NCBI GenBank assembly: GCA_027491735.1
Contig: JAOZGP010000020.1
Span: 1 to 29,474, forward strand
Direction: 5' to 3'
Length of the DNA stretch: 29,474 nucleotides
Source of the DNA: Thermoproteota archaeon
GTDB lineage: Archaea; Korarchaeota; Korarchaeia; Korarchaeales; Korarchaeaceae
Shown: in pieces, positions 8,994 to 18,883 of the stretch
How positions within the stretch are numbered: position 1 is the first letter of the stretch
How the letters are laid out: each line of letters begins with the position of its first letter
Made by a program: the position numbers and the translations under genes
Notes under the pieces: generated by a model
What the model was told of the DNA's origin: nothing
The model's database searches: none
The model's input: only the letters and a program-made list of their open reading frames with translations

Positions 8994-10091
8994 TCAGATG
9001 AGGATGAAGTACTCCACCTCAAGTCCTCCTCTCTTAGCTAGGGTCATCAGATCATTTAGCGTTCTTGAGGACATCATTGAAATAAACAAGACCTTTTTCT
9101 CGCCTAAAAAGACCATAAAATCTCCTTTAGTTGGATCCCATGGCTCAAAGGAGTGCTCTGACTTCTTTATCAGGGGTATAAGTTTTCTGATCTTCCTTTC
9201 CTTTGGCAACCCGCCAACAACGATGGCCCTGATCTTGTTGCTCATAGGGTCTCTTGGAGGAACATGACCGGCCCAGGGAACAGCTACGAACTCGAGCCCT
9301 GAGGAGTTACCGATCAAGGTTCCTCTGACAATGCTCCAGGAGACTTCTCCTGCAAGATGCTCAACGAACTCCTTGATGTGGAAGCTCTCCCTGATTTTCA
9401 GCTCCGAGATGATCTCTCTTACTTCTTTTTCCACTGCCTGATTGAGTATCAGTCCACTCAAGACTCCCTCTATATGAGCCTTTCCAAGGAATTTGCTCAG
9501 ATCCTTTCCGAAGAAAGACTCGAATAGAAGCCTTTCCTTGGATTTAGGATGTTCCAACCATATTCCTGGTCCCCAAGCAGCTAAATCGACCACGGACATG
9601 AGCCACTTGGTACCGGCTAGCTCCCTCAACATGAGAGATCTCAGGTCCTTCGGGACCAGGCCTAGGGATTCAGCATCCAGATTCTCAGATATTAGCCCCG
9701 CGTAGGAGGGGACGTAGATAAATGACCATTTTGGGTCCAGCGGAAGTACAGCAAGAGATTGAAAGGCAGGCTCTAAGCGAAGTCCACTCCAAGGATGGAG
9801 AAGAGGCTCGAGCTCCTCCCTATGAACCTGACCATTCAGGCAATATCTTCTGATCTCCATGGAGAGTGCACAAACGCTAGCCATAGCCTGCTCTCCTAAT
9901 TCCTCAAGAGCTTCACAGATTATCTCTGAGGCTTTCTCAGGCCTGTTCTCCACCAAGTTTTTTGCTTCAAGAATTCTTCCCTCAGTGATGTCGTTTCTCT
10001 CCAAGGAAATTCCAATCCTTTTCATAGCCTTGAGGGCACCTCCTCCTCCTTTGAGAAATGCATATACCGCTAGAAGGCTGAGATCTGCCAC
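8994..10091 (-). CDS. Hypothetical protein (365 aa)
   Basis: Long ORF with a TATA-like TTTTTTATA ~25 nt upstream on the minus strand (probably leaderless); no recognised motif. Confidence 0.75.
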   Translation of the reverse strand: MADLSLLAVYAFLKGGGGALKAMKRIGISLERNDITEGRILEAKNLVENRPEKASEIICEALEELGEQAMASVCALSMEIRRYCLNGQVHREELEPLLHPWSGLRLEPAFQSLAVLPLDPKWSFIYVPSYAGLISENLDAESLGLVPKDLRSLMLRELAGTKWLMSVVDLAAWGPGIWLEHPKSKERLLFESFFGKDLSKFLGKAHIEGVLSGLILNQAVEKEVREIISELKIRESFHIKEFVEHLAGEVSWSIVRGTLIGNSSGLEFVAVPWAGHVPPRDPMSNKIRAIVVGGLPKERKIRKLIPLIKKSEHSFEPWDPTKGDFMVFLGEKKVLFISMMSSRTLNDLMTLAKRGGLEVEYFILI

Positions 10092-10145
10092 AAGAACTTC
10101 TTATTCGAGGGGGGTATAAAAAATGTCAGTCTGACCATACCTTCC

Positions 10146-10931
10146 TCAAAACATCGGCTTGAACCTTTTCGATAGGCGGCTCATCAGAAAGTTGCAGAAC
10201 TTGGAGGAACTCGCAGATATGAAAGAAAAGCATCCCCTAACATCTCTGACGTCTGGATCCCTATCAACTACCACAAAACCTCCTGCCTCCTCGACCAATA
10301 AAAACCCAGCAGCGACGTCGAAGGGTCTGACGTAACCCATATCCATGACAGCGTGCATAAGTCCTCTGGACAAGTAGGCGAGACCCATAGATATACAGCC
10401 GTAGTCCCGAGTGGATAGGTGACTTATTCCTAAGATCTCCTTCAGGTCATGGACCCCACCCCGACAGGGAGCATAGATGACCGCTATGTCATCGCTGGGC
10501 TCCTCAACATGGATTCTCCTTCCGTTAAGGAAAGCTCCCTCGTTGCGCACAGCAAGATACTCCTCATCCTGAAAAAGATTCAGGATAACTCCTTCCCTCA
10601 CAGAAGATAATCTGTAATTCTCCGTCAGAGCTACGGATACCGAAGCTATTGGTATTCCTAGATCAGCGTTGACGCTTCCATCGACAGGATCTATCAAGAG
10701 GTATGGAGGACCATCACCAATGGATCCCAGTTCCTCAGTGATGATTCCTAGGGTCCAATTTCTCTCTTCGGCGATCCTCCTGATCACGTCGTCCGCCATG
10801 ACATCAACTTCTCTCATCAGATCCCCACTGGCACAGATCTTTCCGACAATAGACTTCTTACCGAGGTGCGGTCTCACGATCCTCTTTATCTCATGAGCAA
10901 GAGATCTCAGATCGTCAAGAGATGGAATCAT
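10146..10931 (-). CDS. Inositol monophosphatase / FBPase (SuhB-like, FIG superfamily)
   Basis: IITEE, IDPVDGS and PFDVAAG motifs; ATG at 10931 preferred over the TTG at 10991. Confidence 0.9.
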   Translation of the reverse strand: MIPSLDDLRSLAHEIKRIVRPHLGKKSIVGKICASGDLMREVDVMADDVIRRIAEERNWTLGIITEELGSIGDGPPYLLIDPVDGSVNADLGIPIASVSVALTENYRLSSVREGVILNLFQDEEYLAVRNEGAFLNGRRIHVEEPSDDIAVIYAPCRGGVHDLKEILGISHLSTRDYGCISMGLAYLSRGLMHAVMDMGYVRPFDVAAGFLLVEEAGGFVVVDRDPDVRDVRGCFSFISASSSKFCNFLMSRLSKRFKPMF

Positions 10932-11143
10932 CTGATTTTCTATTGAACCAACGTTTAAAACATTTTTCCGAACCCGATCTCCTACATACAATACTCTCTT
11001 TGAACAGAATCCAAGGCACCATAGCTCGCTTGGAACCTGGGGCGAATCTCCTTTCGGATGAGTTTCCTCAACAATTATGAGCGAACAGGATTGAATGGGA
11101 ATGTTAAAATAACGAGAAGGCTTTCTTCTCCCTTGGTGTCCTG

Positions 11144-11542
11144 ATGGAGATAATGGTCCGCGTAACGGGCATATCTGCCGAGAGACTCGTTGATCCGCAT
11201 GCAGATCTTCCCAAAGATCTCAGGATAACGGTCAACGTAAACGTTCAGAGGTTTCCAAAAAACGGTGATGTTAGGACTTCGACCTTCGTTATGGACGTGT
11301 CCTATGTTCCCCCGATAGCTAGAGTGATTGTCAGAGGAAACGTGTACGTGAGAGGCGGGAAGCCAGAACTCAAGAAACTGGACGGTAATACTCCTCCTGC
11401 TGAAGTGATGCAGACAGTGACCACAGTCGCTCTTACGGAGGTGTTCATAGTTTGCAGATCTATAGGAGTTCCGCCCCCAATACCCCCCCTAGTTCCATCG
11501 AAACAGGAGGGGAAGGTGGAGGATCTGGATTACTCCGCCTGA
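11144..11542 (+). CDS. Conserved archaeal hypothetical protein, possibly SecB-like fold
   Basis: Four beta-type segments, a helix, then GVPPPIPP, a pattern recalled from a widespread archaeal family; the fold is an inference. Confidence 0.7.
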   Translation: MEIMVRVTGISAERLVDPHADLPKDLRITVNVNVQRFPKNGDVRTSTFVMDVSYVPPIARVIVRGNVYVRGGKPELKKLDGNTPPAEVMQTVTTVALTEVFIVCRSIGVPPPIPPLVPSKQEGKVEDLDYSA

Positions 11543-12165
11543 AAGGCGGTTTTGATCTCCACGTCCACACAGTGTATTCGAAGGACGCCTTCATAAGACC
11601 CAAGGATCTCATTAAGAGGGCTTTTCTATTAGGCTTGAGAGGCGTGGCGATCACAGATCACAACGAGATCAAGGGTGCTCTCGAGTCTATGGAGCTCGCC
11701 AAGGAACTCGATCTCAAGATTATACCCGGGGAGGAAGTAAGAACTACTCACGGGGATCTCCTGATCTACAACATAGAGGAGAGAGTAGACTCAGGGATGT
11801 CCATTGAGGAAACCATTGAGGTGGCCAGGGAGCTGGGGGGGACCGTGGTGATACCTCATCCCTTTGACTCCCTTAGGAGAGAAGCACTCGGAAGAGAGGC
11901 CTACAGATGTGTTAAAATGGTCGATGCCGTGGAAGTCGTGAACGGAAGGTCCTTGTCCAGGGACAACAAGAAAGCGTGCCTATTAGCCCAAGAGTTCAAC
12001 AAGCCGGGCATAGGCGGAAGTGATGCTCATCTCTTGCGAGAGCTCGGCAGGGTGAGGACATTTCTCAATGAGGATGATCTACTTCAGCCTATTAAAATAG
12101 AGATGAACAGGCCTCCTACCTTTCTGTTGGACATCTTCCTGTCCTTCGTCAAGAAGATCACCTGA
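11539..12165 (+). CDS. PHP-family metal-dependent phosphoesterase
   Basis: DLHVHT, AITDHN, GEEV, PHPF and GGSDAH motifs; start uncertain (CTG 11539 proposed; nearest canonical start is TTG 11452). Confidence 0.9.
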   Translation: MKGGFDLHVHTVYSKDAFIRPKDLIKRAFLLGLRGVAITDHNEIKGALESMELAKELDLKIIPGEEVRTTHGDLLIYNIEERVDSGMSIEETIEVARELGGTVVIPHPFDSLRREALGREAYRCVKMVDAVEVVNGRSLSRDNKKACLLAQEFNKPGIGGSDAHLLRELGRVRTFLNEDDLLQPIKIEMNRPPTFLLDIFLSFVKKIT

Positions 12166-12209
12166 CCTTTTTAACAAACTAATCCAGAGAGTGACCAGGG
12201 TGGTCATTC

Positions 12210-12625
12210 ATGAAAACCGTTGGACTCAGGAGGGTGCATGTGGTCAGACTTGAGGAAGGAAATGAGCTCATGAGCGAGTTGGAGGGAGTTGCCAACTCCT
12301 TGGACATAAGAGGTGCTCTCGTTAATGGCATGGGGGAGTGGACAGAGCTAAAGTGGCGGTGTTCGACCCTGAGATGGGAGAATACATAGTCCGAGAGGTC
12401 ATGGGATTTCACGAGATGGCCTCCATGATGGGGAATATCTCCAGAAAAACTGATGGGACAATCTCTCTTCACATACACGTTATTCTAGGATCTGAAGAGG
12501 AGATCGTCGCCGGACATCTAGTTGAAGCTTGGATCAGAGGGACGGCAGAGCTGTTCATACTGGAATTCGACGGTGAGCTAAGGAGAACGCTGAAAAAGGG
12601 AGAATTAACTCTGCTTAATGTCTGA
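12210..12625 (+). pseudogene. PPC/DUF296 domain protein split by a 1-nt frameshift
   Basis: ATG 12210 gives MKTVGLRRVHVVRLEEGNELMSEL...GALVNGMG; the domain continues in another frame (VDRAKVAVFD...HEMASMMGNIS...LHIHVILG...AGHL). The break falls at the G5 run 12332-12336. Confidence 0.85.
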
Positions 12626-13498
12626 GTTCGACTTTAGATCCTCTAGGACAGATTTCACGGCCTCAACGAGATTCATCAACTCATTAAATATCTCTTCTCT
12701 TTTCGGCAGAACCCTCTCACACTCCTCTGCTAAAACAGATAAATTCAAGTTCACCGGCGTTATGGAAATGGCCCGTTCAACAGCCAAAGCGTAATAGTCA
12801 GTTCCTTTCATGTCGTCGGTCACGCTGAGGGGGTTGCTTCCTATCCAGTAGTAGGGCTTGCCTCTGGGATCCATCCTCTCCAAGATATAGTTCTCAAACT
12901 TCATCCTCGCCATTCTGGTTATCTTCACCTGAGTATCGGAGGATATCCTTATAGGGAAGTTTACGTTGAGCAGATCAGCTCCCTCAGGAAGCCCTTTCCT
13001 CTCTAAGATCCAGTTTACAATCTCTGCGGCTACCCTTGCCTGGTTCCTAAACTTATCAGCCGGTCTTGGCTCCTCCTCTTGAGAGATCTCAACGCTGAAT
13101 GCTGCTGAGGGGATTCCGAGTAGAGCTCCCTGTATTGCGGCTGCTATCGTTCCGCTGGTAAATAGGTTGTCCACTGTTATGTTATCCCCCACATTTATTC
13201 CGGAAGCGACGACCTCCGGCTTGTCCTCCATTATGTAACGCAGGGCGAAGGTGACCGTGTCACCAGGAGTCCCGCTTATTAAGTAAGCAACTCTATATCC
13301 GTGCTTTCTGATCTTAGTCGGTATCTTCCACACCCTCAATGGCTTGTGAATGGTTATTCCCTTACCGGCAGCACTCATCTCTTTCTCCGGAACAACAGCA
13401 CAGACATCTATGTCTCCTCTGTCAAGAAGAGCTTCCCAAAATGCTCTGAACGGAGCTGAATGTATTCCATCATCGTTTGTCAGGAGCATGTTCTTCAT
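12605..13498 (-). CDS. surE: 5'/3'-nucleotidase SurE
   Basis: LLTNDDG, SGTPGD, SGINVG, SGTIAAA, NVNFP and DPRGKPYYW motifs. Confidence 0.96.
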   Translation of the reverse strand: MKNMLLTNDDGIHSAPFRAFWEALLDRGDIDVCAVVPEKEMSAAGKGITIHKPLRVWKIPTKIRKHGYRVAYLISGTPGDTVTFALRYIMEDKPEVVASGINVGDNITVDNLFTSGTIAAAIQGALLGIPSAAFSVEISQEEEPRPADKFRNQARVAAEIVNWILERKGLPEGADLLNVNFPIRISSDTQVKITRMARMKFENYILERMDPRGKPYYWIGSNPLSVTDDMKGTDYYALAVERAISITPVNLNLSVLAEECERVLPKREEIFNELMNLVEAVKSVLEDLKSNSDIKQS

Positions 13499-13580
13499 GA
13501 CAGTCCCACAAGTTCTCCTCGAGATAGTTTATAATCTCCACGTTCTCGGGTTTCTGATATGAAGGGAGGCAGCGATCTGG

Positions 13581-14717
13581 ATGATACCCATATCAAAACC
13601 CTTTCTCGGAGAGGAGGAGGTAGAAGCTGTTGCTGAGGTCCTGCGGAGCGGAGTGCTTGCTCAATCGAGCAGAGTAAGGGAGTTCGAAAGGGAGTTCGCT
13701 AGATTTATCGGCGTCAAATATGCGATCGCTGTATCGAGTGGGACCGCTGCCCTCCACGTTGCCCTGATATCGGTGGGTGTTCGTCCAGGCGACAGGGTCA
13801 TCACGACCCCTCTCACCTTCTTCGCCACCACCTCCTCCATACTCCTGTGCGGTGGCGTTCCAGTGTATGTGGACGTTGATGAGAAGACCATGAACATGAG
13901 TCCGAGGATTCTAAGGAGGACCCGTAGTGAGGCTAAAGTCATTCTACCTGTTCACCTTCATGGACACCCAGTGGACATGGATCCCATACTCAAGATCTCA
14001 AAGGAAGCTGGATTTATTGTCTTGGAAGATGCCGCTCAAGCACATGGAGCTGAGTACAAGGGCAGAAAAGTGGGCTCTCTTGGTGATGCTGCTATTTTCA
14101 GCTTCTATCCCACGAAAAACATGACGACCATAGAGGGAGGCGTGATAGTGACAAACGATGACGAGATAGCTGAGAGGGCCAGGGTGATAAGAGATCAGGG
14201 ACAGACCAAAAAGTACCTACATGAGTATCTCGGCTTTAACTACAGAATGACTGAGGTGAGTGCTGCTGTGGGACTGGTCCAGCTCAAGAAGCTCGATAGA
14301 ATGAATCGGAGAAGGGAGAATATAGCAAGAACCTATATGGAGGAGCTTGATCTCGATGAAGTGGAACTGCCCTATGTCGCGCCCTGGGCCAAGCATGCTT
14401 GGCATCTCTTTCCCCTGAGGACCTCCGCTGGTAAGAGGGATCTCCTTGTGGAAAAGCTGAACTCCATGGGCGTGATGGCCAGGCCCATCTATCCAATGCC
14501 TGTTCACAGGCAGCCCATCATGACCAGGCTCTCCGATCCGGAGAAGAACTTCCTGTACTCTCTGTTCCCGAAAGACCTTAGATTTGATGAAACTCCTGTG
14601 GCTGAGAGGCTGACGAGAGAAGTCTTCTACATACCGATACATCCTGCGATGAGCGATGATGATGTCAACACGGTCGTGAGGGCTGTCAAGGGAGCTGTGA
14701 GGGAAGTCAGGAACTGA
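13581..14717 (+). CDS. DegT/DnrJ/EryC1/StrS family sugar aminotransferase
   Basis: SSGTAALH, EDAAQAHG, FSFYPTKNMTTIEGG and GFNYRM motifs. Confidence 0.95.
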   Translation: MIPISKPFLGEEEVEAVAEVLRSGVLAQSSRVREFEREFARFIGVKYAIAVSSGTAALHVALISVGVRPGDRVITTPLTFFATTSSILLCGGVPVYVDVDEKTMNMSPRILRRTRSEAKVILPVHLHGHPVDMDPILKISKEAGFIVLEDAAQAHGAEYKGRKVGSLGDAAIFSFYPTKNMTTIEGGVIVTNDDEIAERARVIRDQGQTKKYLHEYLGFNYRMTEVSAAVGLVQLKKLDRMNRRRENIARTYMEELDLDEVELPYVAPWAKHAWHLFPLRTSAGKRDLLVEKLNSMGVMARPIYPMPVHRQPIMTRLSDPEKNFLYSLFPKDLRFDETPVAERLTREVFYIPIHPAMSDDDVNTVVRAVKGAVREVRN

Positions 14718-16326
14718 CCTCAAGGATCGCTCTGATGAACCCCATGTACGTGGGATTAGGTCTACCCGGTCTGGACTTGTACTCTGGATGGAACTGGACT
14801 CCGACGAAGAAGGGATGCCTCTCTACCTCAAAGGCATTTACTATTTTTCCGCTCCTGTCCGTGGCGCATATCGCATATCCCTGGCTTCTCATGATCTCAG
14901 CATACTCCCTCACTATGTGATACCGATGCCTAAACCTCTCTTTGACGACCTTGCACCCGTAAGCTCTGCGCAAAGAGCTTCCATCCACCAACACCACCTC
15001 ATGCGATCCGAGCCTCATGGTCCCTCCAAGTCTCTTGATCCTCCTCTGTTCGGGCAATAGATCAACGACGGGATACGGTGTTTCTGGATCAAGTTCAGTG
15101 CTATTTGCTTCATCCCATCCCATCCTATTCCTGGCGAAGGAGATCGTCATGAGCTGGGCTCCAAAGCATACCCCCAGAGTTGGGGTCCCTGACTCGAACG
15201 CTCTCCAGGAGGCCTCTATCATGTTTTCGGTACCCCTTCTTCCGAAGCCCGGAGCCACTAGAAGACCATCAATTTCAGGAAGCCTTGAGGTCTCAATGGC
15301 ATCTACCTTGACCACATCAAGACCACATTCGAGCTCTCCAGCAGCATGTCTTAAAGCCTCTATTATGCTTATGTGAACATCCTTCATCCTCCAATACTTG
15401 CTGAGTATCCCTATCCTTAATTTGCTTTCAGAATCGAACTTGGAGACTGTTCTTACCCAATCCTTCAGAAGAGGTTTTCTTCTCGGCAGATTAAAACGTT
15501 TCTCTAGGAACTGACCGAGACCCTCTCTCTCAAGGGTTATTGGGACCATATAAACGTTATTTTGGTTAGGAGAACAAAAAACAGATCTTTCAGGTACACC
15601 AGAATAGAGAGAAAGTTTTCTTATCACACTGTCCGATACGAACTCCTCGCTTCTGATGACTATGGCGTCGGGTGGTATTCCCGCACCGCTGGCTATTCTT
15701 ATGAACATCTGAGCAGGCTTGGTCTTGTGTTCGCCCGTGGTCCTCAGGAAGGGGATGTAGCTTACGTGTATGTGAACACACCCTCCTGGGTTCTCACTTC
15801 TTATCTGTCTCAGCGCCTCCACGAAAGCCTCCGCCTCGTAATCACCTACGGTCCCACCGAGCTCAACTATTAGAAAATCAGCCCTCTCTCTCTCAGCTGA
15901 AAGGTAGATTCTCCTCTTGATCTCATCCACGACATGGGGAATCAACCTGACAGTCTGTCCTAGGTACCTTCCCTCTCTCTCCCCAAGTATTACCTGAAGC
16001 ATGACCTGACCACTCGTCACGTTGTTCGAGGGGTGCATGTTCCTGTCCAAGAACCTCTCGTAATGTCCGAAGTCTTCATCTATTTCAGCTATCTTGAAGT
16101 AGATCCCATCATAAGGAGAGAACTCCCAGACCTCTTCCGTGACGAAGATCTCCCCGTGCTCCACAGGGTTCATTGTTCCCGGGTCAGGATTGAGATAGGG
16201 GTCCAACTTAACCATCGAGACCTTGTAGCCTCTAGATTGAAGTATCTTTCCGACGGAAGCAGCGACAATTCCCTTCCCGAGTCCGCTGACCACTCCTCCA
16301 GTGATGAACACGAAGAAGGTTCGCAT
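14707..16326 (-). CDS. pyrG: CTP synthase
   Basis: FITGGVVSGLGKG, KLDPYLN, GHYERF, KTKP, glutaminase GVCFG, ERFRHRY and QFHPE motifs; true start is ATG 16326 (MRTFFVFITGG), not 16515. Confidence 0.96.
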   Translation of the reverse strand: MRTFFVFITGGVVSGLGKGIVAASVGKILQSRGYKVSMVKLDPYLNPDPGTMNPVEHGEIFVTEEVWEFSPYDGIYFKIAEIDEDFGHYERFLDRNMHPSNNVTSGQVMLQVILGEREGRYLGQTVRLIPHVVDEIKRRIYLSAERERADFLIVELGGTVGDYEAEAFVEALRQIRSENPGGCVHIHVSYIPFLRTTGEHKTKPAQMFIRIASGAGIPPDAIVIRSEEFVSDSVIRKLSLYSGVPERSVFCSPNQNNVYMVPITLEREGLGQFLEKRFNLPRRKPLLKDWVRTVSKFDSESKLRIGILSKYWRMKDVHISIIEALRHAAGELECGLDVVKVDAIETSRLPEIDGLLVAPGFGRRGTENMIEASWRAFESGTPTLGVCFGAQLMTISFARNRMGWDEANSTELDPETPYPVVDLLPEQRRIKRLGGTMRLGSHEVVLVDGSSLRRAYGCKVVKERFRHRYHIVREYAEIMRSQGYAICATDRSGKIVNAFEVERHPFFVGVQFHPEYKSRPGRPNPTYMGFIRAILEVSS

Positions 16327-16391
16327 ACATAAATCCAGAGGAACCTCCTGATAAACCTTTATCAGCTTAGGATGAGAGATCCTCCTAACCG

Positions 16392-16934
16392 GTGGTTGAA
16401 TTGAACGCAAAAGTGGTCTTCGTCGTGGTGTTTGTGATTCTGCTCCTAGCAGGCAGCGCTGTCCTGATGATACCATCGTTCGGAGGTTATAACCCCAAGA
16501 AATGGCCCGTTCCATTGAGTGGAACTCCAGATCGAGTTCTCAAAAAGCTGAACAGCACCCTCAAACTGAACACAGTTCCCGTTAGCACTACAATAGAGAA
16601 AGTTCCCCTTCCGACTGGCTCGGAGGCTCTGGGATTCATGGCCGAGTACGACAACAAGACTCAGATCATAGGCATCGTGGCTAAGTTGAACATCTCAGCC
16701 AAGAACCTTGCTCAGCAGGTGATCGGTCTTTACGATGAACACAAAGACAAGTTTTCCTCCTTCAGATATTCTCTTGGAACAAACAACGGTTTTGCAGAGG
16801 CTACTGCGGAGAACCTAGTCTTCAATCTGTGGTACAAGGGCGACTGGCTGATCGAGGTTCTGTGCTACGGAGAAGATCCTGGGGAAGCAATGAGTTACTT
16901 TAAGCAGAGCCTCTACAGGGTGATCAACGGATGA
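16392..16934 (+). CDS. Hypothetical membrane-anchored or secreted protein
   Basis: N-terminal hydrophobic helix; ATGA overlap with the GTPase gene; start may be TTG 16401. Confidence 0.75.
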   Translation: MVELNAKVVFVVVFVILLLAGSAVLMIPSFGGYNPKKWPVPLSGTPDRVLKKLNSTLKLNTVPVSTTIEKVPLPTGSEALGFMAEYDNKTQIIGIVAKLNISAKNLAQQVIGLYDEHKDKFSSFRYSLGTNNGFAEATAENLVFNLWYKGDWLIEVLCYGEDPGEAMSYFKQSLYRVING

Positions 16935-17734
16935 AAATAGCCGGTTGGGGTGAGATAAAGAGGGCTCTCGACGAGGTGAGCATCCTACTTGAGGTCGTAG
17001 ATGCCAGATTTCCCCCAGTCACGAGGAGTGAAAAGCTGGAGGATCTGGCTAGAAAAAGAGGGAAATCTCTTGTTATAGCAATGAACAAGGCTGATCTGGT
17101 GCCAAGAAATGTGTTATGGAGATGGAAAAAGGAGGTGGAGAAAGAGAGGATACCTACCTTCCCTGTGAGCGCTAGAAAAAGACTTGGAACTCTAATGCTC
17201 AGAAGAGGGCTTAAAAAATGTGCTCCAGAACTTCCAGCCAAGGTCCTCATTGCTGGCTACCCGAAGGTCGGGAAGAGCTCAATAATAAACGTGCTTAAGG
17301 GGCGTCACTCAGCATCCACAAGCTCAGTTCCTGGAAGTCCAGGCTACACGAAGGGTTACACTCTGTACAGAATAGACAGAAATCTCTACATACTGGATTC
17401 ACCAGGAATACTTCCTGTGGGCGGCTCCCCTCTTGAGAGAATCCTCAGGGGTGCCGAACTCAGTTATCTAAAAAATCCAATAGAAGCAGCTCTAGCACTC
17501 ATATCGACCGCATTGGAGTTCGATCCAAACGTCATGGAGAGGACTTATGGGATAGAAGGCAGAAATCCAACCAATATGCTCGAAGAACTTGCATTGAAGA
17601 GAGGACTTACCTTTAAGTCCACAAAAGAGATTAACATATCTGAGGCAGCTAAAAAGCTCATATCCGATTTCTACAGAGGGAAGTTCAGCTTCTTCATGAT
17701 CCCTCAGAAGAGGATATACGACGCGAGTCCCTAG
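16931..17734 (+). CDS. Circularly permuted ribosome-biogenesis GTPase (RbgA/YlqF family)
   Basis: VDAR, then G4 NKADL and G5 SAR precede G1 GYPKVGKS, G2 PGYT and G3 DSPG. Confidence 0.93.
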   Translation: MKIAGWGEIKRALDEVSILLEVVDARFPPVTRSEKLEDLARKRGKSLVIAMNKADLVPRNVLWRWKKEVEKERIPTFPVSARKRLGTLMLRRGLKKCAPELPAKVLIAGYPKVGKSSIINVLKGRHSASTSSVPGSPGYTKGYTLYRIDRNLYILDSPGILPVGGSPLERILRGAELSYLKNPIEAALALISTALEFDPNVMERTYGIEGRNPTNMLEELALKRGLTFKSTKEINISEAAKKLISDFYRGKFSFFMIPQKRIYDASP

Positions 17735-17787
17735 AGATCTCAGGGCAGCGAACGAGAGCTTTAAATTTCTCAAATTCTCTAACATTC

Positions 17788-18531
17788 TTGGTGCCCTTCT
17801 TGTCGATAGAGATTGTGGAGATAACTCCAGAGGAGAGGTGTGAGACCCTCCTATTTGGATTTCCTGGCGTGGGTCTGGTTGGAGTGATATCAACAGACCA
17901 CATAATAAAAGCAGCTAGCCTCAAGAGGACCGCCAAAGTTGACTCCAGGGAGTTCCCTCCCATAGTGCGTGTCGTGAACGGAATGGCCGCTGAGCCCATA
18001 TCCATTTATTCGGGTTCTGGCCTTTACGTCATGAAAGGCGATGTGGCTCTCCCGCTGCAGAGCACAATGGGCCTCATAACTTTCACACTCGACTGGTTTG
18101 TCAAGAAGAAGGGGAAGCTGGCAGTTATGATAGAAGGCATAGCTTCTGAGAACAGACTGAACAAGGAAAAACCCGAGGTCTTCAAGATATACAGTGATGA
18201 GGAGGCCAAGGAGCTGGCGATCAATGTGAGTGCCAAACCTCTTCCCGAAGGCTTCGTTTCGGGACATATAGCCTACTTCATAAGGGAAGCGATATACCGA
18301 GGGATTCCAGCTGTAGCGGTTCTTGTCGAGTGCTTCCCCGCCTACCCTGATCCAGGAGCAGCTGCTGAGGCGATAGAATCACTAAAACCTGTGATAAATC
18401 TGGACATAGATGTGAACCCTCTAATAGAAAGATCTGAGGTCGTGAGACACAAAATGCGCGAGCTCATGAGGCAGGCGATGCAAGTAGTTCAGCAAACTCC
18501 AGGCAAAGCTGAAAGTCTATACATAGGGTGA
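17788..18531 (+). CDS. Proteasome assembly chaperone PAC2-family protein (PbaA/PbaB-like)
   Basis: GFPGVGLVG, FPPIV and YPDPGAA motifs; C-terminus SLYIG. Confidence 0.9.
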   Translation: MVPFLSIEIVEITPEERCETLLFGFPGVGLVGVISTDHIIKAASLKRTAKVDSREFPPIVRVVNGMAAEPISIYSGSGLYVMKGDVALPLQSTMGLITFTLDWFVKKKGKLAVMIEGIASENRLNKEKPEVFKIYSDEEAKELAINVSAKPLPEGFVSGHIAYFIREAIYRGIPAVAVLVECFPAYPDPGAAAEAIESLKPVINLDIDVNPLIERSEVVRHKMRELMRQAMQVVQQTPGKAESLYIG

Positions 18532-18535
18532 GAAC

Positions 18536-18883
18536 ATGACTGAGAGATGGTATATCAGGTATCACAGGACGTACTGGGAGGTTCATCCCGAAGAGGAGGT
18601 TGTGGAACCTCTGATGGAGATAAGGGTCTCGGACAAGGAGATCAAAATATGCTTCGACGTTCCAGGAGTCGATAAGAGCTCTCTAGACGTTCAGGCAAGC
18701 GATAACTCGATAGTCCTCAGAGCGATCGCTCGTATAGGAGGGAGAACGGTGATATACTTCAAGCACGTGAACCTCCCGATGGAGATAGACCCGGAGAGGG
18801 TCAGGGCCAGGTTGACCTCGGGGGTCCTGGAGATCGTGGCGCCTATAAGGCCCAGAGGCTTCAGGAAGGTGAGCGTAGAGTGA
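18536..18883 (+). CDS. Small heat-shock protein (Hsp20/alpha-crystallin domain)
   Basis: EPL..I, DVPGVDK, LPMEIDPE and A.LTSGVLEI motifs. Confidence 0.92.
   Translation: MTERWYIRYHRTYWEVHPEEEVVEPLMEIRVSDKEIKICFDVPGVDKSSLDVQASDNSIVLRAIARIGGRTVIYFKHVNLPMEIDPERVRARLTSGVLEIVAPIRPRGFRKVSVE

Noticed and set aside
10983-11072. 29-codon minus-strand ORF (MRKLIRKEIRPRF...)
   Set aside because: It has no clear RBS or recognisable motif and is too short to support.
14217-14723. 168-aa antisense ORF and the other short ORFs overlapping confident genes
   Set aside because: They are shadows of well-supported genes on the opposite strand or in another frame, with no motifs.
16327-16515. 63-aa N-terminal extension of PyrG
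   Set aside because: It overlaps the divergent gene and promoter region; homology starts at ATG 16326.
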